Below are positions 60,514 through 64,000 of a stretch of 64,000 nt of DNA, piece after piece (the stretch's first letter is position 1; the number at the start of each line of letters is the position of its first letter). Both the position numbers and the translations under genes were made by a program. Source of the DNA: an uncultured Nitrososphaerota archaeon. GTDB taxonomy: Archaea > Thermoproteota > Nitrososphaeria > Nitrososphaerales > Gagatemarchaeaceae. The stretch is taken from NCBI GenBank assembly GCA_963718895.1, contig CAVRAG010000007.1:160001-224000 (forward strand). The letters run 5' to 3'. Below the pieces are notes generated by a model. The model saw nothing but the letters and a program-made list of their open reading frames with translations. It searched no databases and had not been told where the DNA came from.

Positions 60514-61914
60514 CCCGCGTTCGGCATGCCTGAGCTCGTCCATGTGCTCGGCACTCTTCTTGAGGTCGCGGGGGCTCGCTATGTCTCGTCGGCAGCGGAT
60601 CGGCCCTCTGAGGGCGTCGACCCCCGCGACCGAGATTACCCTGGCCTCTTCCACAGATGCCCGAGTCCCCACGACTGCGACGGACCGCGAGCCCCCAAGG
60701 TAGGTGGACGTCCCCTCGACCCTGACGTCCATCGGGTATATCCGCAACCCATCGGTCCCACGCTGGAGGGCGTAGGAGCCGGTCAGGTCAATCCGCTCCT
60801 TCTCCAGAGGGACCGTCTCCGGAATCCCGTAGCCCCTCGGGACAGCGCACGTCACGACCGAGGCCCTCTTCGAGAACCTTATGCCCTTGAGCGAACCCTC
60901 GAGCATCTTGAAGCAGACTTCAACGAAATCGTCCTCGATCGTCGTCAGGACGCTGATCTGCTCGGTGTTGCCTCCCCTGCTGTTCCTCTCCAGCACCTTG
61001 AATCCGTCGCCGGTATGCATGAGCGCGTCGTACAGCACGATGCCACGGAGGCCTGGCTCCGACCCCCTCCCTCTCCACCGCGCGAACGCTCGCGCCTCAG
61101 AAGAGACGACGTGGTCCCACTCCGATGCCCTGAGGAATGGCAGATGGGCTTCGGTACCTCTGTAGCTTCCCATTCCTCCGGTGAGCCGCCCGTGGTCGCC
61201 CTCGAGAGCACGTTTGTAGTCCCTCGTCTGCGGTGCCACGATGAAGTGTCTGCCGTCGCTGAACGCCTGGAAGCTCGACTCCTCGCCCTCGACCTTCTCC
61301 TCCACGACCACCCTGCCTTTCGCAAGCACGTTGCGGAAGAATGCGACCATCCCCTTCTCTGTGGTGAAGTCCTTACCCCAGACCCCTACCCCGGCTCCGC
61401 GGGCGGGAGCGTCAGGCTTGACGACCGGCTCGGCGATCTCTGATGCGAACTTCTTGAACCGGGCAACAGCCGCGCCCTCGCTCCGAAAGGCCTTCAAGTC
61501 AAAGACCGCGTAGCGCGGGTTCGCGTCCTCGAAGGTGTCGTCGAAGAGCAGCCGCTGGTCGGCCTTGCTGCGCTCCACCGCATGTCTCCGGTCGACGCAG
61601 AGCATCGGGACGCCGCTGTCGTGCTCCACGATGTCTCGACCTCCGGCCGTGATGAAGTCCTCCGTATCCGTCAGACCGAAGCTGATCCTGCTCCTGTGCC
61701 TCCGGGCGAAGGCAGCGACCTCGAGTACATCGAGGTCCGGAATCGTCTGATGGACCTTCGCTCTCTCCAGGTCGTACGGGTTGGCCTGGCGTTCGGCCAC
61801 GAAGAACTCGGGACGGTAGTTCGAGCTCCGCGCCAGGGCATCGATCATCGCCGCGGCGCTCAGGCACTTTGAGACGATCAGTATGCCAACCCGGTCCATC
61901 GATGACGCCACCAA
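60511..61914 (-). CDS. purD: Divergent phosphoribosylamine--glycine ligase
   Basis: ERSKA, VVKPD, GAGV, EEKVEGEESS, RDYKRA, TGGMGSY, GYG, GSRS, RRDIA; lies in the pur cluster. Confidence 0.75.
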   Translation of the reverse strand: MVASSMDRVGILIVSKCLSAAAMIDALARSSNYRPEFFVAERQANPYDLERAKVHQTIPDLDVLEVAAFARRHRSRISFGLTDTEDFITAGGRDIVEHDSGVPMLCVDRRHAVERSKADQRLLFDDTFEDANPRYAVFDLKAFRSEGAAVARFKKFASEIAEPVVKPDAPARGAGVGVWGKDFTTEKGMVAFFRNVLAKGRVVVEEKVEGEESSFQAFSDGRHFIVAPQTRDYKRALEGDHGRLTGGMGSYRGTEAHLPFLRASEWDHVVSSEARAFARWRGRGSEPGLRGIVLYDALMHTGDGFKVLERNSRGGNTEQISVLTTIEDDFVEVCFKMLEGSLKGIRFSKRASVVTCAVPRGYGIPETVPLEKERIDLTGSYALQRGTDGLRIYPMDVRVEGTSTYLGGSRSVAVVGTRASVEEARVISVAGVDALRGPIRCRRDIASPRDLKKSAEHMDELRHAERG

Positions 61915-62044
61915 TCCCGGGGTGGAGACCTAAAAACGATTGGAGTGTGCGGTCTGGTGGAACTTCCCAGCGGCCTTCCGATGGAAAAGACCGGTACGAG
62001 CCGGGCCGCTAGCTCGCAGCCTCGACGGGCCGGTCGCCCGTGGG

Positions 62045-63674
62045 TCACGCAACCGAGGGCTCGGCGCCCCCTTCAAGACTCAGTAGTTTCTGGTAGGCCG
62101 GGATGGTCAGGAACTCCGGAAACTCCTGGGCCTCCACCAGAGACTCGAGGAGATCTGCGGCGAGCGTGACCATGCTGGAAGGGTCCTCGTCCCCGTTCTT
62201 CGTTGAGAGTCGCGAGACCTCCTCGGCTATCACGGCCTTCACCATCTCAAGGGTAACCCTCCTTCCGTCTGCGAGGTAGGCGCCGTGCCTTATCCACTGC
62301 CAGAGCTGGGATCTGGAGATCTCGGCCGTTGCCGCGTCCTCCATCAGGTTGTTGATCGGGACGCATCCTCTTCCAGAGAGCCATGATCCGAGATACTGGA
62401 GCGCCACGCTGACGTCGGCTCTGACGCCTGACTCCGTTATCTCGCCCTGGGGGACGCGGAGCAGGTCGGCCGCCGTGACGCGCACCTCCTGGCGAAGGAC
62501 CTCGAGCTGGTTCGGACCCGTCGTCCCCGAATCGAAGACCTCCTTGGCGAGCTGCACGAGCCCGGGATGCGCCACCCAGGTGCCGTCGTGCCCGAGCCTC
62601 ACCTCGCGTTCCTTGTCAGCCCTCACCTTCTGGAACGCCGTATCGTTCGCCTGCTCGTCGCCGCGCACGGGGATGTAGGCCGACATTCCCCCGATGGCGT
62701 AGGCGCCCCGGCTGTGGCAGGTCTTGATCAGCAGGTCGACGTAGGCGGCGAGGAAGGCCTTGTCCATGGTCACCTGCGACCTGTCAGGGAGGATGAACTG
62801 GGGATGGTTCCTCAGTTTCTTGATGTAGCTGAAGATGAAGTCCCACCTTCCGCAGTTGAGGCCGACGATGTGGTCGCGGAGGGAGTAGAGTATCTCCTCC
62901 ATCTCGAACGCGGCAGGGAGCGTCTCGATGAGAGCCGTCGCCCTGATCGACCCGGGCGGGTATCACGAGGTACTCCTCAGCCCGGACGAAGAGACGGTTC
63001 CAGAAGCGCGCCTCCAGGCCGCTCTCTATCTTCGGGATGTAGATGTAGGGGTTGGAGTATTTCTGCCTCAGAGCGCGGGCGTTGTGGTGCACGAAGAGGC
63101 CGAAATCGAAGAGAGACGCCGAGACAGGCTCTCCATCGACCCGGACGTGTTCTTCGAGGAGGTGCAGGCCGCGGGGTCGGACAATCAGGGTCGCGACCTT
63201 CTCGTTCAGTCGATAGGCCTTCCCTTCCTGGGACTCGAAGGTGATTGACCCGTTCACTGCGTCCCTGAGGTTGATCTGACCCTGAATGACCTCTTTCCAG
63301 GTCGGCGAGAGGGAGTCCTCGAAGTCTGCCATGTAGACGTCTGCCCCCGAGTTGAGCGCGTTGACCACCATCTTCCTGTCGCCGGCCGGCCCGGTAATCT
63401 CCACCTTCCTCCGAACGAGGTCGGGTGGGGGTCCGGCGACCGACCACCGGACCGCCGAGAGCGATTCACGTCCCGGGGGGAAGCTCGGGAGGATCCCCGA
63501 GTCGAACTGTTTCTGCCTCTCCGCGCGCCTCTGCAAGAGCATCTTCCGAGTGTCCGAGAGCTCCTTTTGTAGAACCTTGACGAACCTGAGGGCCTCTGGA
63601 GTCAGGATCTCCGAGGACCTGTCACTCCCGGGGGCGAGTATCTCAATCCCGTCAGGTAGCTTCTGCGACTCCAT
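62045..63674 (-). CDS. aceB: Malate synthase A (frameshift near 62950)
   Basis: RKVEITGP, ADFEDS, VRPRGLH, GLNCGRWD, GGMSA, DGTWVAHP, LMEDAATAEISR. Confidence 0.93.
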
Positions 63675-63741
63675 CTGCGACGGTCCGGTTTCGGCTCCGG
63701 ATATAAAAATCGTTGAGGTGGCCTGCCGAATCCAAGGGCGC

Positions 63742-64000
63742 CTAGTATCCGCTCTTCATCAGCCCGGCGTAGTCGAAGACCATCACTCCGTCGCCGTTCT
63801 GAAGTGCGTACTGGTACTGCTGCTCGTAGTCCGACCGGTTCGTGGTCGCGAACACGCCGACGCTCCCCAAGACTCCGGGATGGATGTAGGTCTGGTCTTG
63901 GACACCGTATGTCTCGAGCACGAGCATGTCCGGCTTGAGGGGCAGGGTGAAGTCGGTAGTCGTAATCGCGATCTTCCCCGTCTGGAAGCCCTGGCCGACC
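63742..64000 (-). CDS. Hypothetical protein, 3' fragment
   Basis: Open frame from the window edge ending ...LVLETYG...GVMVFDYAGLMKSGY*. Confidence 0.55.
   Translation of the reverse strand, partial: VGQGFQTGKIAITTTDFTLPLKPDMLVLETYGVQDQTYIHPGVLGSVGVFATTNRSDYEQQYQYALQNGDGVMVFDYAGLMKSGY

Overview
This is a GC-rich archaeal chromosome segment, most likely from a non-ammonia-oxidising Nitrososphaerota (Thaumarchaeota) lineage. That placement is an inference from TATA-like boxes about 25-35 nt before near-leaderless starts, frequent TTG starts, F420 genes and a binding protein with a class III-like signal peptide. The main feature is missing from the supplied ORF track because it runs off the left edge: a 1126-codon minus-strand ORF (3379 to 2) encoding an atypical PurD-like ATP-grasp ligase. 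It is interrupted by two full-length LAGLIDADG inteins (350 and 353 aa) that resemble each other, sit only 49 residues apart, and each split a conserved active-site motif. To the right lie alkA, a rhodanese, moaC/moaB, mrp, cofE/cofD/cofC, a NitT/TauT-type ABC system, a TatC-zinc-ribbon fusion and LUD genes. Next comes a catabolic island of about 18 kb, including an IolM-like dehydrogenase and an IolA/MmsA-like aldehyde dehydrogenase, followed by an Opp/Dpp transporter, acs and an ABC exporter. The window ends with a folate-dependent purine cluster (purB, M, C, E, 5-formyl-THF cyclo-ligase, folD, purN, F, L, Q, S, H and a second divergent purD) and malate synthase. Many genes, especially at 43.6-60 kb, carry small indels that look like long-read consensus errors. 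No rRNA, tRNA or CRISPR array was seen.
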